Shown: piece by piece, positions 10,186 through 19,389 of the stretch
Layout of the letters: the number at the start of each line of letters is the position of its first letter
Position numbering within the stretch: the stretch's first letter is position 1
Source of the DNA: Saprospiraceae bacterium
Lineage (GTDB): Bacteria; Bacteroidota; Bacteroidia; Chitinophagales; Saprospiraceae
Length of the DNA: 64,000 bases
Assembly: GCA_965222975.1 (NCBI GenBank)
Contig: CBDCVJ010000053.1
Location: forward strand, 2,269-66,268
Direction: 5' to 3'
The notes under the pieces: generated by a model
What the model was told of the DNA's origin: nothing
What the model saw: the letters and a program-made list of their open reading frames with translations, nothing else
Databases searched by the model: none
Translations under genes and position numbers: made by a program

Positions 10186-10930
10186 ATGGTGAATAAAATG
10201 GATAATGAAGAATTATTGGAAAATAGATTGGCATTTATTACTTGCCATCGGGAAAAGCGGGAATCCTTTCCGGGAGTAGAAATATTTTATGGAAAACCAT
10301 CTTTTTTCAAAAATGCTTTTTTGTTTGATAAAAAAGGAATTAAAAAAGTCCCTGCCAATTTCCAACTTCATGTACCGGATTGGGTCTCTATTGGTGAAGT
10401 GTTTTTAAATAAGCATGGTTGGGAGTATTCTGAGTCTATGATTTATATGGTCTTGAAAAATGAAGCTGATGAATGGAGGGCCAACCCACAAATTTCAGTT
10501 GAGAAAATAACGGAAAAAAAAGACCTTGTTCGCTATTGCCAAATCCAGTCAAAAGGATTCAGTGGCGGGATCATATGAAGAAGATGATTTTTATCCGGTC
10601 ATGCTGGCGAGCAGCCAGAAAAACTTTCAAAAAAGCAACCATCATTTTTATTTGGCCTCCTTAAATGGTGAACCTGTAGGGGTTACGTTGGCGTATGTAC
10701 AGGAATCATTAATGGGCATTTATTCAGTGGCTACGGTAGAGGAATTTCGCAACCAAGGCGTGAGTACGAGTTTGATGAAGGAGGTTGTACAGCAGGGTTT
10801 ACAGCAAGGGATTGAATGCATCACCCTGCAAACGATGGCTGGAACTTATGCAGAATCGTTTTATGAAAAATTGGGGTTTGAGGCCGCTTTTGAGTGTCGC
10901 ATTTACACACAACAAAATTTAACTCCATGA
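10186..10930 (+). CDS. GNAT-family acetyltransferase, split by one indel
   Basis: ORFs 10186-10578 and 10526-10930 join as ...SKGFSG/SYEEDDF... if one G is removed from the GGG run near 10567. The C-terminal half has the GNAT motif RNQGVSTSLMKEVV. Confidence 0.65.
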
Positions 10931-10952
10931 CCAGTCTTTAAAGGCATTTGTC

Positions 10953-11922
10953 ATGGTGTGCAAATCTTTTATCCATTTTTCCTTTTTCTTTTTGTTGGCC
11001 ACAATTGGTTATTCCCATCCAGGCATTGGCATCGTTTGCGATAGCCAAGGCAATATTTATTATACAGATTTAAATCAGGTATGGAAGGTAACGCCGGGCG
11101 GCGATAAGTCTATTTACGTTCCTCATGTTCATACGCACGAATTATTTATTAATGGCGAAGATGAATTAATTGGCGAAGATGCCTGGTATGAAGGCGAGGA
11201 TACCGATAAATGGGGATTTGCCGTTTGGAAAAAAACGATTGGAAGAGAGTTGGATTTTTTAATTGACACTACCGAAGGTTTTTTATTTGAACACCCTTTT
11301 GGTTTTGTGCAGGATGAAATGGGAAATATGTATTGGCGTGAAAAAAAACGGAAATGACTATTTAATTAAACGGCAAACTAAAGAAAAAGAAATTGAATTA
11401 TTAGCCTCCGGCAAATTTGAAAATATCCGTTGGATGTATTGGCTAAATGGCCATTTGCATTTTGTGGATATGGATGATTTGTACAGAATCAATGATAAGA
11501 ACATCGAATTAGTAGCCAAAGATTTACGCAGCAGTGCCATGCCTTTTTCCGCCTTCGTTCGGGATATGCACAGTATCATGGGAGCATGGGACGATAAAGA
11601 GGGGAATATTTATGTGTCTGTATTTAGCGGCAAAATGGTAAAAAAAATTACCCCTGATGGTGAAGTAACCGATTTTTTTAAATCAAAAGGAAACTGGTCG
11701 CCCACGGGCGGTTTATTTGATGAAAACGGCAATTTATGGTTGTTGGAATATTCGTCCAATAATGAAGCGAGAGTAAGGAAATTCACAGCAGATGAAATAA
11801 AAAATGCGCCTGTGAAAATGGGTGTGAAAAGCCCGATAAAATTTTGGGATCCCTTTGTCGCCTTGGGTGTATTGGTCGTTGGACTGGCATTGATAAAAAT
11901 CATCAACAACCTAAAAACCTGA
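10953..11922 (+). CDS. Exported beta-propeller-like protein with C-terminal TM anchor, split by one indel
   Basis: ORFs 10953-11357 and 11263-11922 join across an A8 run near 11343-11350. Repeated GNIY / GNLW strand motifs, signal peptide, and a C-terminal helix VALGVLVVGLALI. Confidence 0.5.
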
Positions 11923-11986
11923 TCCTTTTTCATATTCCTGCCTTTTTGTATTTCAAATAAAATAACTCCCTCCTCACCAATCCCCT

Positions 11987-11994
11987 TACCTTTG
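11987..11994 (+). promoter_or_regulatory. Candidate Bacteroidota -7 promoter box (TAccTTTG)
   Basis: Matches the TAnnTTTG consensus of Bacteroidota primary-sigma promoters, 82 nt upstream of ATG 12076. No clear -33 TTTG seen. Confidence 0.35.
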
Positions 11995-12075
11995 CAGCTT
12001 CAAAATTAGTGAGTTATGATTTGTGATTGATGAGCGTGTCTCAACAATTGACAATCAACAATTAGCAACCTATCC

Positions 12076-13431
12076 ATGTACTATCAAAATATTTTAGAAA
12101 CCATTGGCCATACGCCTCTTGTCAAGCTAAATAAAACAGTGGCGGACATCCCAGCGCTGGTGCTTGGCAAAATAGAAACGTTCAACCCTGGTCATTCCAT
12201 TAAAGACCGTATGGCTTTGAAAATGCTCGAAGTGGCAGAGGCGGAAGGCAAAATCAAACCTGGCGGCACCATCATCGAATGCACCAGTGGGAATACGGGC
12301 ATGGGCCTCGCCATCGCCGCTTGTGTGAAAGGCTATCGCTGCATTTTTACCTCCAACGACAAGCAATCAAAAGAAAAATTTGACCTTTTGCGGGCCTTGG
12401 GCGCAGAAGTCGTTGTCTGCCCAACCAATGTAGAATCCACCGATCCCCGAAGCTATTACAGTGTGGCCGAACGCTTGAGCAAGGAAATTCCCAATTCCTA
12501 TTGGTTCAACCAATATGACAACCTCGCCAACCGACAGGCGCATTACGAGCAGACTGGCCCTGAGATTTGGGAACAGACGGAAGGGAAGGTCACCCATTTG
12601 GTCGTCGGTGCTGGCACTGGCGGTACAATTACGGGGACTGGTAAATTTCTAAAAGAAAAGAATCCAAACATAAAAGTCTGGGCCATAGATACTTATGGCT
12701 CTACTTTGAAAGCTTACCATGAGACAGGAAAGATTGACGAAAAGGAAATCTACTCCTATATCACCGAGGGTATTGGCGAGGACATCGTTCCCAAAAACTA
12801 TGACTTTTCTGTCATTGACCATTTTGAAAAAGTAACAGATAAAGATGGCGCTGTATGGGCAAGGAAAATGGCCAAAGAGGAAGGCATCCTTTTGGGGTAC
12901 TCGGCAGGGAGCGCTTTGGCTGGTCTGCGTCAAATGAAAGATCAATTGACCAAAGATGATGTGGTCGTTATTGTCTTTCATGACCACGGCAGCCGCTATG
13001 TCGGTAAAATTTATAACGACGACTGGATGCGGGAACGAGGTTTCCTCGATGAAGAATTGAAGGTCAAAGACCTTATAGCCATGAAGCACAACAAGGGATT
13101 TCTCTCCGTGAATAAAACAGACTCCGTGAAAAGTGCTTTTGACATCATGCGCCAAAAGGATATTTCACAAATGCCCGTCATGGACAATAGCGACATCGTG
13201 GGCTCAATTACCGAAACGGTTGTATTGAAATATTTGCTTGAAAACCCACTTGGTAATTCAGAAAAACCTGTGGAAAGTGTAATGGGCAAGCCTTTCCCTG
13301 AAGTGGATGAAGATCTGCCTTTCCGCCAGTTGGGGAAATATCTAAATAAGGGAATACCTGCAGTTGTGGCCAAAGATCGGGCTGGGAGTTTGCATGTGTT
13401 GACGAAGTATGATGTGATTCAGGCGGTTTGA
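12076..13431 (+). CDS. Cystathionine beta-synthase (PLP domain plus tandem CBS domains)
   Basis: HSIKDRMALKM (PLP lysine), CTSGNTGMGLA, GAGTGGTITG, and a C-terminal CBS pair (DISQMPVMD ... PAVVAKDRAGSLHVLTKYDV). Confidence 0.85.
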   Translation: MYYQNILETIGHTPLVKLNKTVADIPALVLGKIETFNPGHSIKDRMALKMLEVAEAEGKIKPGGTIIECTSGNTGMGLAIAACVKGYRCIFTSNDKQSKEKFDLLRALGAEVVVCPTNVESTDPRSYYSVAERLSKEIPNSYWFNQYDNLANRQAHYEQTGPEIWEQTEGKVTHLVVGAGTGGTITGTGKFLKEKNPNIKVWAIDTYGSTLKAYHETGKIDEKEIYSYITEGIGEDIVPKNYDFSVIDHFEKVTDKDGAVWARKMAKEEGILLGYSAGSALAGLRQMKDQLTKDDVVVIVFHDHGSRYVGKIYNDDWMRERGFLDEELKVKDLIAMKHNKGFLSVNKTDSVKSAFDIMRQKDISQMPVMDNSDIVGSITETVVLKYLLENPLGNSEKPVESVMGKPFPEVDEDLPFRQLGKYLNKGIPAVVAKDRAGSLHVLTKYDVIQAV

Positions 13432-13491
13432 AAAGATTGAATAAGAAATTAAAACAAATCAGCGTTTAATGCTAAATTCATTGCGCTGACT

Positions 13492-13989
13492 ATGTTCAAA
13501 AAAAAGATTCTTGCCTGCTGCTTAATGGCAGCCTTTTGTATTCCTGTTCATCAAAAAGCAACGACATCATCATTGCATTATGTCCCTGAAACCTGGCAGC
13601 AGGAAATGCTTCGTATGGTCAATGAGATAAGGTCGAAAGGTTGCATTTGTGGTAATAAAAAAATGCCTGTTAAAAAGCCACTACGATGGAATGACAATCT
13701 CGCCAATGCCGCCCAGCAACACGCCGATGACATGCACGACAACCAATTTATAGGTCATTATGGATCAGGTGGAAGCCGTATTGGCCAGCGGGTCACAAAA
13801 GCTGGATACAACTGGAAATCAGTTGCGGAAAATGTCGCTTGGAATATTAGAACAACCAAAGGTGCAGTCATCGGCTGGAAAAACAGCCCCGGCCATTGCC
13901 GCAGCATGATGGGAGGTTATACTGAAATGGGGGCTGCACGAAAAGGTCGGTATTGGGTGCAGGTGTTTGCAAGGCCGTGTAAGTATTAG
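13492..13989 (+). CDS. Secreted CAP/SCP (PR-1-like) domain protein
   Basis: Signal peptide, with GHYGSGGSRIGQRV, ENVAWN and GWKNSPGHCRSMM motifs. Confidence 0.75.
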   Translation: MFKKKILACCLMAAFCIPVHQKATTSSLHYVPETWQQEMLRMVNEIRSKGCICGNKKMPVKKPLRWNDNLANAAQQHADDMHDNQFIGHYGSGGSRIGQRVTKAGYNWKSVAENVAWNIRTTKGAVIGWKNSPGHCRSMMGGYTEMGAARKGRYWVQVFARPCKY

Positions 13990-14064
13990 AGTGGATTTAA
14001 ATTCACTTAGCTCTGGCAATAAATAATTAATATTCGTGACCTAATTGTTAACGGGTAATTTGAA

Positions 14065-15219
14065 TTATTTATCCATTAGCATTAAATCGACCCCACCCGT
14101 TTGCCCATCTTGGATTGGTAGGGTGAGACGTTTAATGACCTTTCCGTCCTCAACGGATAATTTTACAGGGCCACTTGCTCCTGTAACTTTTATTGAATTT
14201 TTGATATTCGGTTGAACAGTAAGGTCAATGCAAATTGGAACCTTGCCAAGCGGGACGTTGCTCATTACCGCTGTTCCATTATGGGTCACAGTAACGTCCT
14301 CCATGCCTTTTGGATCGTCGGTTTCCAAACAGACCCGGACGGTAGGGGTCAATATTTCTATTTGGGCTGATTCCGTTTGTGATTCGCCCATAACGTTATT
14401 ATCATCTCGAATTGGTGGCTGGCTTTTGTCAGGTTCTTTAAATTTCAACCTGTTCTTTTTGATAGCGGCTGACCACATCCAGGCGATGAGGCCAGCAGTA
14501 ATGGCGCAACCCAAGAAAGCTACCAATGTGGCTGCTCCTTCTTGTCCACTACAAGAGAGGTTACAGGAAGCGGCAATTGTCAGATAGCCCAATATTGTAA
14601 AGATGGCTATGCTCCCTAAGGTCAGCAAGACAATAGTTCCGCCGTCCAATTTGCGGTATGCACTTTTTATTATGGCTAATTTGACCAAGACCCTTGCTTT
14701 TAATTTTTTTAAAAGACCGACCCGCCATTTTTTAATTTTTTTGAAAATACCTTTTCTTTTTTTCTTGGCTTTTTTTACGATCTCAGCATGTTCCCAGCCG
14801 GGACTTTCAAGTGCTTTTCCGTTTTTGCCAATAGCGGACTGTAAAACTTCGGTTTGGGCGGGTTCAGTTAAATTGTTCGGCTGCCAATTTAGAGTATAAT
14901 TTCCAGCGGCAAGCCAGAAAGCACATGAGGATAACACCAATAGCCCATCACATAATTTTTGCCGGGTAAAATTTATTTTTCTGGATTCTTTGTTTTTTTT
15001 CCTGGGATAAAAAATAAATCCAGTCAAATAAACGAGTGCGGAAACTATGAATGCAATATTGGAAAAGTCATTATCTACATCTGCCAAAACTGCACCCCAA
15101 TAAAATGCGTAAAAACCCATGACAATGCGGCTAATTGCGATCAGCCACCGGGCAGCCACTGGGTGTTTTTTTGCCCAAAAGGAGAGCCGGGCGAGGCAAG
15201 AAGGAGAAGTTGGCTTCAT
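14065..15219 (-). CDS. Multi-pass membrane protein with Lys-rich loop and C-terminal beta-rich domain
   Basis: 384-aa ORF with several hydrophobic helices and a KKAKKKRKGIFKKIKKWR loop. No family recognised. Confidence 0.45.
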   Translation of the reverse strand: MKPTSPSCLARLSFWAKKHPVAARWLIAISRIVMGFYAFYWGAVLADVDNDFSNIAFIVSALVYLTGFIFYPRKKNKESRKINFTRQKLCDGLLVLSSCAFWLAAGNYTLNWQPNNLTEPAQTEVLQSAIGKNGKALESPGWEHAEIVKKAKKKRKGIFKKIKKWRVGLLKKLKARVLVKLAIIKSAYRKLDGGTIVLLTLGSIAIFTILGYLTIAASCNLSCSGQEGAATLVAFLGCAITAGLIAWMWSAAIKKNRLKFKEPDKSQPPIRDDNNVMGESQTESAQIEILTPTVRVCLETDDPKGMEDVTVTHNGTAVMSNVPLGKVPICIDLTVQPNIKNSIKVTGASGPVKLSVEDGKVIKRLTLPIQDGQTGGVDLMLMDK

Positions 15220-15556
15220 GTCTGGTTGTGTTGATAGATGGGTTAAAGATAAAATTAATTGGTTTCACATTTACATTTTCACATTGACTTTCTTATTTCG
15301 AAATTTTTAATACTGATTTTTTCTAAATTGACAATTCTCATCTTCTTATGAGACCAATCTCACAACCCATCCTCGACATCATTTGTTCTTTTGCCATCCA
15401 AAGGCCGAACTTTGCGGCCATTTAAAAAAAAATTGGCCAAACGAGTAGGGTTTATAGTTAATCAGAGCTTCAAAACTCAATAACTCTTCCAGAGGAATCC
15501 CTTGTCCAAAGGACTCCCTTTGGGATGGGAAAAACCCTCTAACTCAAAACTCTTTC

Positions 15557-17428
15557 ATGACCCAGCAAATAGAAAAAACAGATGTTGTCATAAAATTCGC
15601 CGGAGACTCTGGCGACGGTATGCAACTCACCGGAAGTTTCTTTACAGGCGATACCGCCCTCTTTGGAAACGACCTTGCCACCTTCCCTGATTTCCCGGCA
15701 GAAATACGTGCACCGGTTGGCACGGTGGCTGGTGTATCAGGTTTTCAGATACATTTTGGCAGTAGGGTCATCCGTTCCCCCGGCGACTATTACGATGTAC
15801 TGGTGGCATTGAATGCAGCAGCTTTGAAAGCCAACCTCCCCCTGCTCCGCAAAGGAGCTACAATCATCGTCAACGAAGATGGATTTGATGCCAAAAATCT
15901 GCGCTTAGCGAAATACGAAGATGGCCATAACCCCTTGGAAGACAATACCTTGGAAGGGTATGATGTTATAAAAATCCCTATCACAAAATTAACTCGTGAG
16001 GCACTCGCTGATTTCTCGCTCGGCACCAAAGAAAAAGACCGCAGTAAGAACATGTTCGTATTGGGTTTCCTGCTTTGGCGCTACAACCGCACGCTCGACA
16101 CTGTCCTGCGATTTCTGACAACAAAATTTAAAAAGAAGCCCGATTTGATTGAATTGAACAGGAAAGTGTTGTTGGCAGGTTATCACCTTGCCGATACCAT
16201 GGAGGAATTTACTTCCCGCTATCTGGTGAAACCCGCCCAACTGCCTAAAGGTAGATACCGCAACATCAAGGGAAATGATGCACTAGTGCTTGGATTGGTC
16301 GCTGCTGCCAAAAAATCGGGCTTGACGCTTTTTTATGGTTCTTATCCGATCACACCTGCTTCCAGTATTTTGAACAGCTTGGCCAATCTCAAAAATTTTG
16401 GGGTAAAAACCTTTCAGGCAGAAGATGAAATCGCTGCCATCTGTTCTGCGATTGGAGCAAGTTATGGCGGCAACCTTGCTGTAACAGGTACATCAGGGCC
16501 TGGCATGGCGCTGAAATCGGAGGCAATGGGGCTGGCCGTTATGCTGGAGTTGCCGTTGGTCATTGTGGATGTACAGCGGGGAGGGCCTTCTACTGGATTG
16601 CCAACCAAAACGGAGCAGTCCGACCTTTTACAGGCACTGTACGGCCGCAATGGTGAATGTCCGCTGCCCGTTCTCGCTGCCCGGTCGCCTGCCGATTGTT
16701 TTGATACGGCCTTGGAAGCATGCCGTATAGCGGTGGAACACATGACCCCGGTCATCCTTTTGAGCGATGGTTACATTGCCAATGGATCACAGCCTTGGCG
16801 TTATCCAAAAGCCAAAGACCTTCCCGCGATAAAAACAAAGTTTGCGAATCCAAAAGAAAATGGCGTCTCTTTCATGCCTTATGAAAGGGATAAAAATAGG
16901 GTTCGCAAATGGGCAATACCAGGTACTCCCGGCCAAATGCACAGGGTAGGTGGCCTCGAAAAGGAAGACCTCACAGGCAATGTTTCTTACAACCCTACCA
17001 ACCACGAACACATGGTAAAAACGAGGGAGGCAAAAGTGGATTTGATCGCCAATTTCATCCCTGAGCAAAAAATGGAAACAGGAGTAGAAAGTGGTGAATT
17101 GTTGTTGCTTGGATGGGGTCCGACCTATGGCATCTGCAAGACCCTTACGGAGCGCTTGAACAAAGAAGGCCATAAAGTCGGCCATGTTCATTTGCGTTAT
17201 ATCAGGCCATTTCCCCGCAATCTTGGGGAGATTTTGAAAAGATTTGATAAAATACTCATCCCGGAAATCAACAACGGGCAACTCAGCAAAGTAATTCGGG
17301 ATCACTACCTCATAGAGGTAATACAATACAACAAAATACAGGGCCTGCCGATGAAGAGAGAAGAACTGACTGAATTTGCGATGACTTTACTTAGAAAGAA
17401 AAATATAGAGAGCAAGGTAAATAAATAG
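15557..17428 (+). CDS. korA: 2-oxoglutarate:ferredoxin oxidoreductase, alpha subunit (fused gamma-alpha type)
   Basis: VIKFAGDSGDGMQLTG, GSYPITPAS, GTSGPGMALKSE and VDVQRGGPSTGLPTKTEQSDL motifs. 623 aa. Followed by the beta subunit. Confidence 0.85.
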   Translation: MTQQIEKTDVVIKFAGDSGDGMQLTGSFFTGDTALFGNDLATFPDFPAEIRAPVGTVAGVSGFQIHFGSRVIRSPGDYYDVLVALNAAALKANLPLLRKGATIIVNEDGFDAKNLRLAKYEDGHNPLEDNTLEGYDVIKIPITKLTREALADFSLGTKEKDRSKNMFVLGFLLWRYNRTLDTVLRFLTTKFKKKPDLIELNRKVLLAGYHLADTMEEFTSRYLVKPAQLPKGRYRNIKGNDALVLGLVAAAKKSGLTLFYGSYPITPASSILNSLANLKNFGVKTFQAEDEIAAICSAIGASYGGNLAVTGTSGPGMALKSEAMGLAVMLELPLVIVDVQRGGPSTGLPTKTEQSDLLQALYGRNGECPLPVLAARSPADCFDTALEACRIAVEHMTPVILLSDGYIANGSQPWRYPKAKDLPAIKTKFANPKENGVSFMPYERDKNRVRKWAIPGTPGQMHRVGGLEKEDLTGNVSYNPTNHEHMVKTREAKVDLIANFIPEQKMETGVESGELLLLGWGPTYGICKTLTERLNKEGHKVGHVHLRYIRPFPRNLGEILKRFDKILIPEINNGQLSKVIRDHYLIEVIQYNKIQGLPMKREELTEFAMTLLRKKNIESKVNK

Positions 17429-17467
17429 AGAATTTTCAATGCTCTATTTATTTACCTTGCTCTCTAT
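17405..17467 (+). repeat. 26-bp perfect hairpin in the korA-korB junction
   Basis: Arms 17405-17430 and 17442-17467 are exact reverse complements, with an 11-nt loop. The left arm is the last 8 codons of korA including its stop. Confidence 0.9.
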
Positions 17468-17476
17468 CAGTGTTTT

Positions 17477-18517
17477 ATGACAGCAACGACCTCCAATCAT
17501 ACACCTCTAAAAGCCAAGGACTTTGCCACCGACCAAGATGTGCGTTGGTGTCCTGGCTGTGGTGATTATTCTATATTGAAACAAGTGCAGACTGTTTTAG
17601 CTGAACTTGGAAAAAAGCAACACGAAACGGTTTTCATTTCAGGCATCGGCTGCTCCAGTCGCTTTCCCTATTACATGGAAACGTACGGCATGCACAGCAT
17701 TCATGGGCGGGCACCGGCCATCGCTTCTGGCCTTCGTATGGCCAACCCTGGTCTTGGCGTTTGGCTCATCACAGGTGATGGGGATGGTTTGTCCATTGGT
17801 GGCAACCATTTGATCCATTTGCTGCGTCGAAATTTCGATCTCAATGTCTTGTTGTTCAACAATCAGATTTATGGCCTCACAAAGGGCCAATATTCACCTA
17901 CCTCTGAAGAAAGCAAGCGCACTGCTTCCACCCCTTTCGGCTCGCTCGATCATCCAGTGAACCCATTGGCATTGGCGCTGGGTTCTGATGCTACTTTCGT
18001 TGCCCGTACCATGGACAGGGACGTGAAGCACCTGCGGGAAATGCTGCGCCGTTCAGACGCTCACCGGGGCACTTCTTTTTTGGAAATTTACCAGAATTGC
18101 AACATCTTCAATGATGGGGCATTTTTCACTTTTACAGAAAAAGCGAGCAAACCCGATAACGCTTTGTTTTTGGAAAATGAAAAACCGCTAGTGTTTGGGA
18201 AGGAATCAGATAAAGGCATCCGTTTGGATGGTTGTACGCCCCGGTTGGTTGATTTGAATGATGGCAAGTTTACTAAAGACGACCTGTGGGTGCATGATGA
18301 GAGCGATATTTACAAAGCCCAAATTCTTTCCCGTTTCTTCGACGATCCTGCGACAAATCCAAATACATTTCCACGTCCTTTTGGCGTGATTTACCAGACG
18401 CAGCGACCTTGTTATGAAGATCAATTGTTGGCGCAGGTAGAGGCAGCGACGGAGCAATTGGGTGAGGGGGACTTGGATGTTTTGTTGGCGGGGGCGAATG
18501 CTTGGGAGATAGGGTAG
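17477..18517 (+). CDS. korB: 2-oxoglutarate:ferredoxin oxidoreductase, beta (TPP-binding) subunit
   Basis: RWCPGCGDYSIL, SGIGCSSRFPYY and ITGDGDGLSIGGNHLIH (TPP motif). Confidence 0.85.
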   Translation: MTATTSNHTPLKAKDFATDQDVRWCPGCGDYSILKQVQTVLAELGKKQHETVFISGIGCSSRFPYYMETYGMHSIHGRAPAIASGLRMANPGLGVWLITGDGDGLSIGGNHLIHLLRRNFDLNVLLFNNQIYGLTKGQYSPTSEESKRTASTPFGSLDHPVNPLALALGSDATFVARTMDRDVKHLREMLRRSDAHRGTSFLEIYQNCNIFNDGAFFTFTEKASKPDNALFLENEKPLVFGKESDKGIRLDGCTPRLVDLNDGKFTKDDLWVHDESDIYKAQILSRFFDDPATNPNTFPRPFGVIYQTQRPCYEDQLLAQVEAATEQLGEGDLDVLLAGANAWEIG

Positions 18518-18582
18518 GGTTGGTGTTATAGGTTTTACGGGTTATATTTGTTTGAAATATCCGAGAAACTAACACTGGACAC

Positions 18583-19014
18583 ATGCTGGGAGAAACTTAT
18601 GAAACGTTGGATTTAGATGACAATACGTTGTTTATATTTGAAAGTATTGGCCCAAAAGGGGCTATAAGAAAAGTCGTCGTTTATCATGAAAGGAGCGATG
18701 GGAAATGGAACCTTGGCTTTGGTGATTATATAAATGGCCGCCTAAATGACAGGGTCGTTTCCAATAATAATGACATTGGAAAGGTAATGTTTACAGTAGC
18801 CGAAACGATTTACAAATTTACAGAAGCACATCCGGAAAAAGTGGTTTTTGTAGAAGCCGTGGATAAGAGGAGAGCGAATTTATATAATCTGATTTTTCAA
18901 AAAAAATGGGATGAAATAAAAAATAAATTCAAAGTGTGTGGCGAAATTAATGGACGGAAAATGAAATATAATCCTTCTTTATTTTTTGAATCATTTGAAC
19001 TGAAATTAAAATGA
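18583..19014 (+). CDS. Hypothetical protein
   Basis: 143-aa ORF. No motif recognised. Its stop overlaps the next start (ATGA). Confidence 0.45.
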   Translation: MLGETYETLDLDDNTLFIFESIGPKGAIRKVVVYHERSDGKWNLGFGDYINGRLNDRVVSNNNDIGKVMFTVAETIYKFTEAHPEKVVFVEAVDKRRANLYNLIFQKKWDEIKNKFKVCGEINGRKMKYNPSLFFESFELKLK

Positions 19015-19358
19015 AACAGACAAAAAAATATATTCCAAATAAAAAAAAGAGTAGCCTCACGCTCGAAGATGCTTATGAAATGCCTGAATACGAATCCAAA
19101 AAAGAGGTCATTGGTTTTTTAATAAAAAACAAAGGCAAAAATCTTTTTCCTAAAAAAAACCTATCAGAGCAGAAAAGAAAATGTCGCCGTAAATTAGAAA
19201 AGAAAATGGAGGGAAATCCTGATATGAATTTCAAGGATTTGATGGCTGACTTATTGAAAGGACTGCCTAATGACTATCCAGTTGAGATGATTGCACCTTT
19301 GATTAAATATCTCTCCGAACACTGGATGAAAAAACATTCCAAAGAACTTGTTTCATAA
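19011..19358 (+). CDS. Hypothetical basic protein
   Basis: 115-aa ORF with Lys/Arg-rich segments (KKYIPNKKKSS, QKRKCRRKLEKK). Translationally coupled to 18583-19014. Confidence 0.4.
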   Translation: MKQTKKYIPNKKKSSLTLEDAYEMPEYESKKEVIGFLIKNKGKNLFPKKNLSEQKRKCRRKLEKKMEGNPDMNFKDLMADLLKGLPNDYPVEMIAPLIKYLSEHWMKKHSKELVS

Positions 19359-19389
19359 AAAACGGGAGGCATTCCGCCTCCCGTTTTTT
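19357..19389. terminator. Bidirectional Rho-independent terminator
   Basis: AAAAAACGGGAGGC-ATTCC-GCCTCCCGTTTTTT. 8-bp GC-rich stem flanked by A and T runs, between convergent genes. Confidence 0.8.

Noticed and set aside
12127-13373. Minus-strand ORFs inside the cystathionine beta-synthase gene (12127-12366, 12367-12597, 12649-13155, 13011-13373)
   Set aside because: They are antisense shadows of a strongly supported gene, with no motifs. The same reasoning applies to antisense ORFs inside korA/korB, yidC, the S9 peptidase, the Gfo/Idh/MocA gene (8197-8748), the TonB receptor and fabD.
15497-15530. The korA leader hairpin shares the 11-mer TCCCTTTGGGA (and 14/15 nt) with the tRNA insertion module
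   Set aside because: By rough estimate, an 11-mer match to a 22-nt query somewhere in 64 kb on either strand is expected a few tenths of a time by chance. That is not enough to claim a repeat family without a genome-wide search.
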